Assembly (NCBI RefSeq): GCF_006345805.1
Contig: NC_043012.1
Span: forward strand, 20,460,001 to 20,524,000
DNA length: 64,000 nt
Origin: Octopus sinensis
Lineage: Eukaryota
Reading direction: 5' to 3'
Position 1 is the first letter of the stretch. Every line of letters begins with the position of its first letter. This document shows positions 1 through 13,590 of the stretch, piece by piece. Position numbers and translations under genes: made by a program. The notes below the pieces were generated by a model, which made no database searches, was not told where the DNA came from, and saw only the letters and a program-made list of their open reading frames with translations.

Positions 1-195
1 GCACCGCCTAGAAACGTTAGGACGCCGGGTGAAATGTGTAGCCGTATTTCGTCTGTTGTTACGTTCCGAGTTCAAATTCCGCCGAGGTCGACTTTGCCTT
101 TCATCCTTTCGAGGTCGATGTAATCGACTTAATCCCTTTGTCTGTCCTTGTTTGTCCCCTCTGTGTTTAGTCCCTTGTGGGTTGTAAAGAAATAT
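1..195 (+). mobile_element. SINE family 2 (tRNA-derived), 5'-clipped, with internal deletion
   Basis: Matches other copies in the window (GAGTTCAAATTCCGCCGAGGTCGACTTTGCCTTTCATCCTTTC...GGTCGATGTAATCGACTTAA); B-box-like GAGTTCAAATTCC; the segment between the two GGTCGAT repeats is missing relative to the copy at 41870-42090. Confidence 0.75.
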
Positions 196-199
196 ATAT

Positions 200-365
200 A
201 TACGACAGGCTTCTTTCTGTTTCCGTCTACCAATTTATCTCACAAGGTTTTGATCGGGCCAGATGCTACAGTACAAGACACTTGCCCAAGGTGCCACGTA
301 GTCGGATTGAGCCCAGAACCATGTAGTTGGGGAGCAAGCTTTTTGTAACGCTTCCACTCCTGCGC
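200..365 (-). mobile_element. SINE family 1, 5' half
   Basis: Reverse complement (GCGCAGGAGTGG...GGCACCTTGGGCAAGTGTC...GGTAGACGGAAAC) matches the heads of the copies at 13182 and 30442. Confidence 0.75.
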
Positions 366-972
366 TTACTAAATGATGTGCCCCAGGTAAGGATGTATGG
401 ATGTAAATACATGCATCGTATTGCAAGCACGATTGCTAGATCACGGTTTCTTCTTTGAAGGCTTCCACGTCCACACTTCGCAAATCACTGAGGTTTTTTG
501 GCAGAATGTTGAACGATTGTGAACCCTTGAAATCAAATCTATTACAGTACTGAGTCTCTATTATACATGGAGAAGAGGGTATATTTACTCTCATGCAGTG
601 TTTCCAGTTTGGTAGTTTGTATAGCTTCGAGTTTCAAAATTCGGAACGAGACGTTCTAGGATTTTTCATATGTATATCACCGCATGTGTTAGCTACAATC
701 ACTTTAAGACGTAGAGATTATGTTTTTTCAGCAAATCTGTTTCAACGAGTCAATGTGCTTCGTGTTACGGCGTTAGATTGCCTCAAGTTCAGTCACCAGT
801 CTGGTGCTTTGTAGGAACCACAGATGAGAGCAGTAATCCTGGCTAAAATCTCCGTAGGAGTAGCATAGCATCTTTTTTGATGGTTCTGAAAAAATATAGA
901 TACATACATACAGAGAGAGATAGAGAGACAGAAAGATTGACAGACACACATGCAGACAAACAGAGTGAAAGC

Positions 973-1079
<107 letters not shown>

Positions 1080-1722
1080 AAAGAAAGCGGGAGAGAGTCA
1101 GAGGGAGGGGAAAAAGAGAAAGAGTCAGTTGTAAATTGTGGAAGAGATAAATTGAGAAATGATAAATGCTTAACATTTTAGTGATTCCACCAAGTAATAG
1201 GTAATACAGTTATACAGTGATCATTTGCATTCCTATATCTATAGTAACATAATATTGATTTTTTATTTATTGATAGACAAAAATTAAAGTTCCTTTGAAT
1301 TGTCTATTGTTGAATCATTCATATGTCCTTGCTTTCTAGAATCCACACTCAATATCAAATCTTCGCTAGAACTATTGGCTTAGGTAGGAAAATCAATAAC
1401 CATTAATATGGATATTTCAAATGTAAAACATTAGTAAATGAAACGTTAATTGGCTTGCAAATACTGCTTGGTATTCGCATCAAACGTTGGAAAATGATGA
1501 ATATTTTTTTTTTATACACACACTCACATCTAGACACATACACGCTTAAACACACAATATAAATGTATTATATATATATATATATATATATATCTGCGTG
1601 TGTATGTATGCTCCTATAACTGTAAGTGTATATACGTACATAGATACATATATACACTTGCATGCATCGCCGCATACATATAATACATACCTAGCTACGT
1701 ATGTACATACTTACAAAACTTC

Positions 1723-1727
<5 letters not shown>

Positions 1728-1819
<92 letters not shown>

Positions 1820-1827
1820 TGTGTGTG
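1728..1827. repeat. (GT)n microsatellite
   Basis: Direct reading. Confidence 0.95.
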
Positions 1828-2058
1828 CCTGTTATCGTTTGCAGCTTTGTTGCTATATTCCAATCTGAAGATAGTTATGTGCTTGAATAAATGTATTTTA
1901 GCACTGTAAAACATTTGTGACGTAGGAAAGTGAGATTTCGTTTTCAAAACGACATATTATTGCAATATAAATATTGTTATTTTATCTAAACCATCTGATG
2001 TTTACAAAAATGTAGTAGGAAAATATTATTATTAGTACTAATATTACTGTTGTTATTC

Positions 2059-2059
<1 letters not shown>

Positions 2060-2118
<59 letters not shown>

Positions 2119-2128
2119 TATTATTATT
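2060..2128. repeat. (ATT)n microsatellite
   Basis: Direct reading. Confidence 0.95.
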
Positions 2129-2427
2129 TCGAAATGTTATCTAAAATATGTATATTTGAAAGCTAATATTTGTTCCACATAAAACATTTCCTATAAAAAT
2201 GATAGTTGTTTGCTTATATAAACTTTTCCTAGCTCTGTTAGTAAATATATAACTTATTGCATTGGGTTATAACTATCACTTATGTATATCTAGAATTATA
2301 AAAGAGAAAGACAAATGCCTAATTCAGTTTTGCAGGGAAATTAAAATCTGTCGCAATATGTGCATCCAGTATATACAACTTTATCAGACATGTACACTTT
2401 TCGAGAAAATAATTTAAAAAAACTCTA

Positions 2428-3730
2428 TTGGGTTGGTAACTAAGTTCCCGCCGTTTTTTTAATATATATATATATTATATATTAACTTTTAATATATATA
2501 TATATTAAAAGTTTTAAAAGGTTTAATAAAAAAATAACAACTAATTAACCAATAATGTATTCACCCTTGTTGTTTACAACTTCTTGCTAACGTCCAACAA
2601 GATTTTCGATACCTCGTTGGTAGAAATCACCAGATTTCGACTTGAAAAATTGATCCAACCAAGTTCTCAATTCTACATAAGTATTGAACGAAACTCCGCG
2701 CATAGCATTTGAAAGAGATCTAAAGAGCTGGAAATCCGTTGGTGTCAAATCTGGAGTACGGCCGGTGTGGCAGCACTTCCCAGCTACGCGTTTGAATAAC
2801 TTCCTTGGTCATATTGGCGATATGAGAACAGGCGTTGTCATGCAGCAGAAGAACTCCGTGATGCCGTGTTCAGTCGTTCCATCTGTTGAACATGGCGATG
2901 ACTGTTTGGTTCCATTCAAGCAATTCGTAATGGATAATCTCTTCTCAGTCTCACCAGAAGAACAATATCGTTTTACGCGGATGAAGATCATGTTTCACGC
3001 ACGGTGTCGCTTGTTTACCAGGGCTAAATCATTCCTTAAGCTGCTTCATATTGATGTACAGGCATCATGTTTCGTTGCCATTAACGATTCGGTAAAAAAT
3101 CGTTGCTTGTGTCCGTGAGTTAAGCAGTGACGAGCAAGCAAACCAGCGGAGATTGTGGCTCGTTGAATTTTGTTGTTGTCACTTAAAGCATGTGGAACCC
3201 ATGCACCATACTTCTGAACTTTTCCCATCGAGTGAAGATGCTTCTCTACAGCAGTGAGGGAGAATTCCATTTTTTCTAGTAGTTCCCTTGTCGTTTGACG
3301 AAATTTTTCGTGCAAAAATCGGTTTAATGGACCTTTAATGGCCCTTCATTGAACTCAACTGGACGGCCAGAGTGAGGTGCGTCTTTGAGGTCAAAATTTC
3401 TATTTTTGAACTTGGTATACCAATCACGAGCGGTTCTTTCAACTATGGCACCCTCTTCATTCCCAGCACAAATGTCGCGAGCAATCGTTGCGGCCTTAGA
3501 AACTTGATTTAAAGCAAAAAGAAGGTGTCGAAAATGCTCGTTTTTCTTAACTTGACATTCCATTTTTATGATCTGAATATAAACAAAAATTAACTAAAAT
3601 TAACTAGAAAAAATAATAAATTCCAAAATGATTCAAAAATATAATTCTCGAAATAAATAAATTCCAAAATTTAAAAACGCAATAGATTCCAAAACTAAAT
3701 AAAACGGCGGGAACTTAGTTGCCAACCCAA
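2428..3730 (-). mobile_element. Mariner (Tc1/mariner) transposon, near full length, inactivated
   Basis: ~30-bp TIRs TTGGGTTGG(T/C)AACTAAGTTCCCGCCGTTTT at both ends with 1 mismatch; TA target duplication at 2426-27 and 3731-32; internal transposase remnants. Confidence 0.93.
2547..3563 (-). pseudogene. Mariner transposase pseudogene
   Basis: Fragments MECQVKKNEHFRHLL..., DAPHSGRP, GAWVPHAL, WEVLPHRPYS..DLTPTDFQLFRSL, QEVVNNKGEYII; several stops and frameshifts. Confidence 0.9.
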
Positions 3731-4149
3731 TACATGTCCCGAAATTCCTATTTAATGAACTGGTTTGAGGCCATCAAGTCTATTGAACAATATTGAACTT
3801 ACCCCTTACATTGGCTTTATATATGTTTGGTTGGAGAAACCCATTAAATTGTGATTCGTACCCTCCTCCCTGCCACAGAAAAAACAAGACAGAACCAAAT
3901 AAAATGAAGCTGGGAACATATTTAAAGCAAGGCTCATCGTTTTCAAATTCAAATAAAAATGCTCGATATCGTTCCCAGTTAGTACAAACTTAATCATGTT
4001 CTCAATGTTTTCATCTTAGACCTATTTTTATGCATATATATTCTTCCCTTGTCTATTCAGTTGAGTATAAATTTTGACCGGCCACCCAAATAGTAGCTAA
4101 GTTGTGAAGGAGATCATTTTGTTTTGTTCATCATTCTTTAAATCACAAT

Positions 4150-5080
4150 CACAGATATCGTGATCCTTGGTAATGTATGAAATAAAGATATACAGTGTCT
4201 ATACCAAAAGACAAATTAGTCATATTTTGTTCCAGGCAGCTTGGTATGTATCTTGTTGCTTCAATAATAACGACAGATATGGATCTGAAAGTATATCTCG
4301 GGAAGTGGATTTGTAAACTCTTATCAATGGCACGTAGATGCCTGGCGATTGTGGCTTAACTTCGTGGCCGTTTTAATTTTTAAGTTCCATCAATATTCTT
4401 TTTGACCCATCGATCTCAATATAGTCAACTCCGTCTGTGGGTGTTTTCCTTTTTGCTATCCTGTTCCAGACTGTTCTGGCCACCGCATCATACATCATGG
4501 GGAGGCATACACCATTTGTAAGTCATTCCTTCGCAGTTGATAATAATGTGGTTGATGTCTTCAGTCCTGGTCTTGCATGGACTACATTTATTTGTCAACA
4601 TTTTCTGCCTCTTTTTGTGCCCTAGGTACATGGCGGAGATGTCTGGTTCTTGAACTGCAAGAAGGCAGCCTTCAAAATGGGATGTCATAAACGTTTTTTT
4701 ATGACAAGCTTTTAATATGATCAATCCCTTCAATGGTTTGTGTTTCTCGTGTCACGTCCTCGTGTACCATCATCTCTGTGTACTGGTCCGTTTTTTTTCT
4801 TTTGATTTTGTTCTCCCGATAAATGGATTTTAACAATGCTCCTTAGGGAGAGATCTGTACCAGCTCTTCTTTCATGTCTCTAATCAAGTTCATTAGTGAT
4901 CCTAATTTCATGGTCACAGACTTGGACGAGGTAGTTACTGGCCAAAAGTAAGCAACTTGCGAATTCAAAATTCTGTCTGATTCGGGTCTTGTAGAGACCG
5001 GATCAGAATGCCAAACAAGGATGTGAGGACAGTCACTTGCAAAGGTGCAGTGGGCGATATGCCTCATGGGCATATATGTC
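4150..5080 (-). mobile_element. Decayed RLE-type (R2/R4/NeSL group) non-LTR retrotransposon, C-terminal part
   Basis: EGCLLAVQEPDISAMYL followed by a CCHC knuckle CSPCKTRTEDINHIIINC (4533-4586) and IKTATKLSHNR, resembling the knuckle plus HNRPD endonuclease region; boundaries approximate. Confidence 0.6.
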
Positions 5081-5574
5081 GAGAAATAAAACTGAGTTTT
5101 CAGTGTTAATGCTGAGCTTGGAGGTTTAAATGTGCCCCATGAAAGTTGAAACTGAAATAAATATGATTGTCATGTAATGTTTGAGTGCGCAGATGTGTGC
5201 GTGCGTGTGTCTATGTGTGTGTGGGGGGGGTCCTTTGTGTGTGTTTTAGGTAACAGTTAAGTGTGTGCGTCCTGTTACAACAATTATAGTGCATGCAAAT
5301 CCGTATTACATATTAACATAATTACATAACCCCTTCTCATCTGCAGGCAGTTTCTGACAAGAGTTGAAGTTGAGCTGACAAGACCTAAGCTTTTTTGGCA
5401 TATAGGATGCTTAATGTCAAGGAAAGGTATATAGAAAGACAGGGAATAGAACCCTATGCACATACTGAACTATACTTTTCTTGACAGCTAAGCATGTAAA
5501 ATTATGTCAAAGCGAACAATTACATTTAGAAATCCATTAAAATAAAGGTTTGTTGTTGACAGGTAATATATTAT

Positions 5575-5790
5575 TTTCTACTCTAGGGCCAAGGCCAGAA
5601 GTTTTAGGGGAGGGGATACATACGATTAGATCCACCCCAGTACGCAACTGGTACTTGATTTATCGCTCCCGAAAGGATCAAAGGCAAAGTCGAGCTCGGC
5701 GCAATTTGAACTGAGAACATAGCGGCAGACGAAATACCGCTTAGCATTTCGCCCGGCGTTCTAGCGTTTCTGCCAGCCCGCCACCTTTAA
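5575..5790 (-). mobile_element. SINE family 2
   Basis: Reverse complement of GGCGGGCTGGCAGAAACGCTAG...GTTCAAATTGCGCC...CTTTGCCTTTGATCC...AAGTACCAGTTGCGTACTGGGG. Confidence 0.8.
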
Positions 5791-6254
5791 CAGATAATAT
5801 ATTATTGGATCAATTGTACTTTTCCTATAAACCTCTTTTTTAAGAAATTCATTGTTTTTAATTTAACCAAAAATGTCCCAGCAGCTCAGTGGGAGGTTCA
5901 ATTTAGTGATTAGGCGGCTATTTCTATTCTATCATATTGATCGTCTTTTCTAACTGCTTATTATTTATTACGGCAAACATTTATTGAATTTATGCTGAAG
6001 TAGCAGTAAAACAACGAATGTATTCTCAATAATAATGTAAACAAACCTCTTCAATATCTACAAAAAGAAGGCATTTTTTAAAAGAATGTTTAAGAGATAA
6101 TAACTTGCTTTCATTTTCTGATTCAAGTAGAGCGTTTTCTCTGGTTAGCAATTTCTATAAATATATAAGCTAACGGTGCGATTTTTTCGGTTGACGTGAG
6201 AAACCACATGTAAACAAGATGAACTTCAAATATTGATTTCAGATTTTGGAACAC

Positions 6255-6450
6255 GGCAAGCAATTTTGCGGGAGGGAGGCAGTCGATTACATCGGCCCTA
6301 GTGCTCAACTGCGACCTGTTTATATCAACCCTGAAAAGATAAGATACAAAGACGACTTCGACTGACTTTGAACTCAGAAATTAGAGCCAAACGAAATGCC
6401 GCCAAGCATTTTTTCCAAACGATCTAACTTTTCTGCCATCTCGCCGTTTA
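6255..6450 (-). mobile_element. SINE family 2, diverged
   Basis: Head GGCGAGATGGCAGAAAAGTTAG, TGAGTTCAAAGT and GATGTAATCGACT recognisable on the minus strand. Confidence 0.7.
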
Positions 6451-6621
6451 TGCGCTTCATAATATTATATTTCCGTAATACATACTTTTGTACCGAAGGA
6501 ATTGATTTAGAAATTTACTTCGTACGCAGATTTGTATTACTCCGGTTTCAAATTCTGCCGTGAGAAACGTAAAAGCTCTTTGCATCATCACTTAATTTAT
6601 CGTCATTTACTAATTTACTAA

Positions 6622-6840
6622 GGGCAGCGAGCTGTCAGAATCATTAGCAAGCCGAACAAAATGCTTAGCGGCATTTCGTCTGTCTTTATACGATTTCAGT
6701 TCAAATCCCACAGTGGTTGACATTATCTTTCATCTTTTCGGGGTCGATATAATAAGTACCAGTTGAACACTGGTGTCGATGCAATCCACTTACCCTCCAC
6801 TCAGAAATTAGAGGCCTTGTAGCCAAATTTGAAATCAATA
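6622..6840 (+). mobile_element. SINE family 2, diverged
   Basis: GGCAGCGAGCTGTCAGAATCATTAG...AGTTCAAATCCC...TTTCATCTTTTCGGGGTCGATATAATAAGTACCAGTTG. Confidence 0.75.
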
Positions 6841-7149
6841 TTCACTAATTTGGAGGATGGGAGATTAGTTGATAACTTGGAACATACTTCACAAATGGAA
6901 AAGGAAAAGTCGGCTGAGACAGCGTTTGAAATCAAAACGCAAAAGCCAAAAGAAATGCCGGTCAAGGCGTAATCCATCGGTACTGATCTGGATCGAAACT
7001 GCAAAAATAATGCTTTTTAGTATCTAATTGGATAAGTTATATTACATGTTCGTTCAACACGACTCTATTTGATAACGACTCTAGTAAAATTCATAACTTC
7101 GACCATATATCGCAATAGTATTTCGCAACATGTTTTCAACGTAAAGATA

Positions 7150-8433
7150 TTTGTATGTATGTATGTATGTATGTATGTATGTATATATGTATGTATGTAT
7201 GCATGTATGTATGTATGTATGTATTTGTGTATATATGCATATATCTATGCACATGTACGTACATGTATTTTTACAAAGAGATATACGTAAATACATTCAC
7301 GTATACAAATATTATAAGTATGTGTAAGGATATATATGATATTAAATATGCATATATGTTGTATATATATATAAATATATATATATGTCGGTATGTATGT
7401 ATATAACGTGTTCTTATTTGGTTGGTTTTTTAGAGATTTATTCAATGTTCCCATACTTTCTTAGAATAATTTTTTACAGCAATTTCTTCCATAACGCCTG
7501 ATGTAAATTCAAATTTTATTAAAATAAATTAACTTCTAATAATGCGTATTTAACAAGATTAACAGCGAAAAAAAGATGAAATACACTTTTGAAAAACAAT
7601 GTAATTTATAGAGTAATAATTAGGTTATATGTCTTACGTAAACACAGATGGAGGAAACGATACGTTCCCTTGTTGCCGTAAGTGATAACGAAATGTGTAA
7701 ATTTGTAGGTATTTTATCTTTGATCTCAGAATTGCGGATATAGAATCTCACAGCACAAGATGCTTTCACGAAAATGTAGAACAAAACTATCTAAACAATT
7801 TCGATAGAAATTATTCACTTGAGAACATGAATATATGTTAGCATTTCGAACAGAAATTATGCATAAAATAGATTAATCTTATAGACAAACACCACACATA
7901 ACATACGCACACACGCACGCACATCCTTACACACACAGTTGTGCTTGTATGTATTTTTGCATGTTTGAGAAATATACAAATATAATATATATATATATAT
8001 ATGTATGTGTGTGTATGTATGTATGTATGTATGTATGTATGCATGTATGTATGTATATATATATACACGCATATGCATACATAAATATACATATACATAT
8101 ATACATATCTAATAGATATATACATATGCATACATATATATAAATATATATGCGTGCGTGTGTGTGTGTGTGGGTACACATGTGAGATGTCTGTGTAGAA
8201 CCGGCATAGGTAAGTTGAAAATGAAAAGCATTTCAAAAGCGGATAATCGTGTGTAATTAGAATCACAAGTAATTTACATTTATCTGAAACAGATATAAAG
8301 TAAATATTTTCGTATATCAACACATGACAGTTTGTATACATAATCCATTGATGTCAAAATATAATGATTTTGCCTCATGATTTTCTTTGCAATTTACGCA
8401 TAAGTACGTTTTCATGCATACATATATGTTTAT

Positions 8434-8482
<49 letters not shown>

Positions 8483-8789
8483 TATATATATAGAAGCAAG
8501 TGTTACTTGCACATAGGCCTGCCTCTCTATCTCTCTTAATATCTATCTATCTATCTATCAATCTATTTGTCGATCCATTAACAGGGACTGTTAGGTAAAT
8601 GCAGCCTCTTGGCCAAGTGTCTTCACATACTAACCTGAGTCGATCAACCCTTTTTGAGTGTATCTGTTCGCAGAAAAGCGGTGTGAAATCTCATTGTATA
8701 AGTGTGCGTGTGTGTATGTGTGTGTGTGTGTGTGTATTTAGAGACAGACAGACAGACAGTCAGAGCGAGAGACGGCGACAGAGACATAA

Positions 8790-8885
<96 letters not shown>

Positions 8886-8890
8886 CTATA
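7150..8890. repeat. Cluster of compound microsatellites ((TATG)n, (TA)n, (CA)n, (GATA)n) with short unique spacers
   Basis: Direct reading; source of the YIYI/VCMY/LSIY pseudo-ORFs. Confidence 0.85.
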
Positions 8891-9345
8891 TAGGACCTGT
8901 CTACCCTATATGAAAGACCTCTCCGAAAAGATACAAAAGATATGCGGCCCATATGAGAACAGGGCAGTATTTAAAAGTAATGCAACTCTTCGCAAATATT
9001 TCCTTCGAGTTAAAACCACCAATAGAAGACAATATGAGTAAGAACTGCGTATAACCCATCCCATGCAGCTGTGGTAGTTTATACAAAGATGAAACATGCC
9101 GCCGCCTCAAAATAAGGGTAGAGGAACGTCGCAAATTTGTGGCACGGGGAGATATTGATAAATCGGCTATAGCTGAACATGTATGGGAAAATGGAGACCA
9201 CATTCTCCTGTGCGATGAAGTTAAATAATAGAATGAGAGCACTACTGGAAAATACGAAAATTAAAAGAAGCAGCACACATGCTAGTACACAACAGTCTCC
9301 TAAGCCGACCGAATGTAGATATTAGCAACATATTGGAACTGGTAT
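8890..9345 (+). mobile_element. Penelope-like element (Penelope/Poseidon type), GIY-YIG endonuclease remnant
   Basis: Translation across stops and frameshifts: AVFKSNATLRKY...KNCV*PIPCSCGSLYKDETCRRLKIRVEERRK...KSAIAEHVWENGDH...KIRKLKEAAHML...LLSRPN; CxCG linker and AIAEH motif typical of canonical PLE endonucleases. Confidence 0.8.
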
Positions 9346-12055
9346 TTTGCATGAGTCTTCCATTCTTTATATTTTTTGTTATTTCTAATTCCCTTTATTG
9401 TGTTTCCCGAATTCTTTTTGATATCGTGTCAAGCCAAATTATTGACAAATATATTCTTTCATATATATCAGTTATTTTCTTACAAAGAATTTAAATTTTA
9501 ATTTGTCCCAATTTACTACATTATTTCATATACCCTTTTCGGGCTATATATAACGATAGTTTGGACTTTATGTTGAAACTAGGTTTTTAAATAATTAGAT
9601 AATTAACATACGTCATTAGTTTATAAAGATTTGCATTTCAGTTTACTCTTCTTTACCTTTGAAAATCGTGATTAGTATTTTATCTTTATTTCCACCTGTT
9701 ACTAGTTCAAAGTAAACTCACTCTCAACTCTCAACTCATAATGTATGCTGCATTATCCCAGATGATGAGCTCAAAAGATTGTTCCTCTCTTCATCATTTA
9801 TGAAGGACAAGACTGTAAACCTGTTTTCAAAACTCATAGTAACACTTGTGAACGCATGGTTTCTTAGAAATCATTCATTTCTGGAAGATTAATTCAGGCG
9901 GATTCCATTTCAGTGAGGCTTGATAAAAATCCTATTGAGTTGCACTCTACAAACCATAGATGTGATCTTCCACACATTTTCTTCTATATTAAACGAATTG
10001 ATTTCCATAACCCCCCTCCCATAGACACTAACTATATGATATTACTCGTAATTATATGTTTAACAACCATAAACAGGCAACTTAGACAACTAAAACCTAA
10101 CGTTCATTGTTTCCGTATGCGGAGACCTCGAAATGTTAAATAAAAAGTGAGACATAATTACACTGAAGATCAAAAATACTTATTTATGTCACATCTGACT
10201 TAATGGAAACATCAGCAAATCTTCAAATATTTTATTAATACTATCTCACAATCAGTGCTTTGTCTTTGCCCACGCAACTCATATAATGTTGAAAGCTATA
10301 ATCTAACTATGAGGAATCTGCTTCCAACTCTAAGAACCACTATATTTAGGACCAGTTATTACATTTTACACAAGTTACTACACATACCCTACTATACAGA
10401 AGCCTATTCTGAATTTCATTCAATGACAGGGTGTTCAGCTGATTAGAAAATAATTTCCCAAGAACTGTCATCAGCGTTTTACATAAGGGAAAATTGCCTC
10501 TCTGTTCTGAACACCAGGAATAATGCATCGCAGCATCAGACAAATTGGTAATATCCATTTCCTTCCAACTGCATGCTACAGACCATGCAATTTTCTCTCG
10601 AGAGGTTCTCCTTTCTAGAAATCCTCCCTGTCTCTCCTCTTTTCCCATAGGTGATCAATTCAATTACTACTTGCGCAGCAGACTCTCCAGGCTGGAAGGA
10701 ACAAGGCATAGCAGTGTATCGCCATCTCTAAATTACCTAATTCAAATTATGATCCTCTACATAGTAAACAAGAATACAACAAGTTGTAAGTATTCGATGG
10801 CAAGATATTCGTGTCTGTATTTTCCAATCATATTGTCACTCCCTCTGTGTCTTTTTTCATTCCCGTTTTCTTTCTCGCCCATTTTTTCTTTCTCTCTTTC
10901 CCTTTCTCCCCCCCCTCTTTCTCTCTCGTTCAGTTTTTATTGTGTCCAAACGATGGTGACATATCTAACTCATCTTTTTCATATCGACGTACTTAAATCA
11001 AGGAACAAGTTCATAACTCGATTGAAATTATCATCCATACGTTCGGATTAACATCAAGAAGAATAATAAACATAATAATATGATCTCAGGTACCATCTAT
11101 GGATTTATTTGCTGATGTTTGTTTTTTTTCCTTAATAAAACATAAAAGAATATTTCTTCCTATTTATTTTATTTTATTGTTATTGTTCACCATCATGAAA
11201 GATTATGTGAAAAAAAAATCTTCTAAACCAAGTTCTACCTGAATAAAAGTCAGATATTTTCTACCCTTGATGTTTCAATGTTTGGTGACAGGAACTCAAA
11301 AAGAACGCTTGAGATTAACTACCTATAAACTGTGCATCAATGGAAATCCGACACTCATATATTTTATTTCTTGGATATATGTTTCTAGATTATAAATGTA
11401 CTCATTTAGTTTTCGCAATTCATTATGCCGACTTTTGCTGATTTGGTGTATATATTCGACTTAGACATTTGTCGCTCATAGCAATTTTTTGCGACTTATT
11501 CAGAAGAAGAAGGCTAATTCTTATGGTGTTTTACCGTAGAGATTCCGAGACCGGTGCATGAGGGAGAGGAAGACGTTGACATTGTCGACTCAAAGATCTC
11601 TATTCCAACCCGATGCTTGCAACAATCCGAACAAAGCTGTAAGCATTTTGTACACCAAAAAAGGTGACTGTCTAATAAACCTAACTTAGAATTTGATACT
11701 ATAAAATCTGCACAAATAGCATTGAATAATGACAGTCATATTGTATGTCAGCGTATCTGTGTATATGAATACAAGTATACATATCTGTGCGTGTGCGCGC
11801 ACATTTGTGTGTCTTTCTTTCTCACACACATTCTCACTCTTTCTCTCTCTTTCTTTCTATATATATATATATATACCTGTAAATGTAATATGTGACAATT
11901 ATTCGGTAGCCTAGATAAAACTCTGAGTTTCAGATGCCGAGGTGGAAATCCACACTACTATCTCTTTACAGATAAATTCCTCTATTTACATAATATTGAG
12001 GTCTCTTTCTTTGTTTTGTTATCTTACCGTTTTTACCAATATATATATATATATA

Positions 12056-12307
12056 TTGAGTTGGTGCATAATTATTGCAGCTTTTTTTCAACAAATTTTA
12101 TTCAGCAAAAGCAATAACAACATGTAACAAAAATACCTTGAAATGATTATTCCGGAGCATATTCGTCACCTACTTCGATTACAACTTCCCTTTTGTTTGG
12201 CTGGCTGTCAGACCGTCATTTAAAGATGATTTTAATTAAATATACTTATTGATTTTGTTGAATAAAATTTGTTGAAAAGAACCAGCAATTATTATGCACC
12301 AACCCAA
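12056..12307. mobile_element. Mariner-derived MITE
   Basis: ~44-bp imperfect TIRs TTG(A/G)GTTGGTGCATAAT...TTCAACAAATTTT; TA flanks at 12054-55 and 12308-09; no coding capacity. Confidence 0.85.
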
Positions 12308-12344
12308 TATGTGTGTGTGTGTGCGTAGATATATATCCATATAA

Positions 12345-12440
12345 AGCCGGCAAGCTGGCAGAATCGTTAGCATGTCAGTCAAAATGATTAGCGCCATATC
12401 TTTCGGTTCTTCACGGTCTGATTTCTAATCCCACCAACTA
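12345..12440 (+). mobile_element. SINE family 2 head fragment
   Basis: GGCAAGCTGGCAGAATCGTTAGCATG...AAAATGATTAGCG. Confidence 0.55.
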
Positions 12441-13181
12441 CCAGTCAATCGTTAGGGAACCCAGCAACAGAACAGCGTCGCGTTCAGAAGGAAATTTTGT
12501 AACTCCTATCTCTTCTACCCCATGGCAACCAAACCAAATCCACATACACCTGCAGGGAATATAATCAGAAACAAATTATCTAAGTCGTAAATACCAAGCT
12601 GTGCTTGAGGCAAAGTGCCACATTACGTACCAATTATAGTTCTATAAATATATATACCTAAAGCGTGGCTGCTTATATACGGAAGCGATTGTGCATGATA
12701 CACAAACTTTTCAACTTTTCCTTTTATACATCGAATATTCTGCTAACCTCATTTTAATCATTAAATTTCTCTCATTTTGAAATTACTTTCCAATATTTGT
12801 GTTGAACATGCAGACATATATCAAGGATTTTTTTTTTCCTTTTTCATTTTTGTTCATTTTTTTAAAAAAATATTGCATTTAGATTAAATTTTGCGAGTAA
12901 ATCGAACACTCAATGCATATAAGCGATGTACAGGAAATGAAAATCATAAAAAATATATCAAAGAGGAAATTCATTTAGTTATGCTTAGGGAAGAGTAAAT
13001 AATTTCAGGTTTTTGTTACAGTTAATTTCCCTTTTGAAATTTTCGGTAATCAATGTCATTTCTAAACATGCTGAAATACTGTCCTTAAACTAATGCATGA
13101 TATTTTTTTTTATACATGTTTTATCAAATTACACACATGGAAACTTCCCTCTTTAATTTACTACTGTATTTTCAACATATA

Positions 13182-13590
13182 GGCGCAGGAGTGGCTGTGT
13201 GGTAAGTAGCTTGCTAACCAACCACATGGTTCCGGGTTCAGTCCCACTGCGTGACATCTTGGGCAAGTGTCTTCTGCTATAGCCCCGGGCCGACCAATGC
13301 CTTGTGAGTGGATTTGGTAGACGGAAACTGAAAAGAAGCCCGTCCTATATATGTATATATATGTGTATGTATGTGTGTGTTTGTGTGTCTGTGTTTGTCC
13401 CCCTAGCATTGCTTGACAACCGATGCTGGTGTGTTTACATCCCCGTCACTTAGCGGTTCGGCAAAAGAGACCGATAGAATAAGTACTGGGCTTACAAAGA
13501 ATAAGTCCCGGGGTCGATTTGCTCGACTAAAAGGTGGTGCTCCAGCATGGCCGCAGTCAAATGACTGAAACAAGTAAAAGAGTAAAAAGA
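13182..13590 (+). mobile_element. SINE family 1, full length, young
   Basis: tRNA-like head with A-box-like GGCTGTGTGG and B-box-like GGTTCAGTCCC, internal (TA/TG)n tract, tail GGTGGTGCTCCAGCATGGCCGCAGTCAAATGACTGAAAC plus (AAGAGTAA)n; nearly identical to 30442-30890. Confidence 0.9.

Noticed and set aside
5347-5426. 80-nt AG...GT bounded open segment (QFLTRVEVELTRPKLFWHIGCLMSRK)
   Set aside because: Short, no homology recognised, and expected by chance in 64 kb
9755-10140. Hammerhead-like remnants downstream of the Poseidon-type PLE (GATGATGAGCTC at about 9761; CTCGAAATGTTA at about 10127)
   Set aside because: Each has only half of the core and no matching stem I
10346-11051. ORFs 10346-10648 (-) and 10545-11051 (+) as host exons
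   Set aside because: No recognisable domain; the plus ORF runs into a pyrimidine repeat; an acceptor-like site at 10650 is not enough on its own
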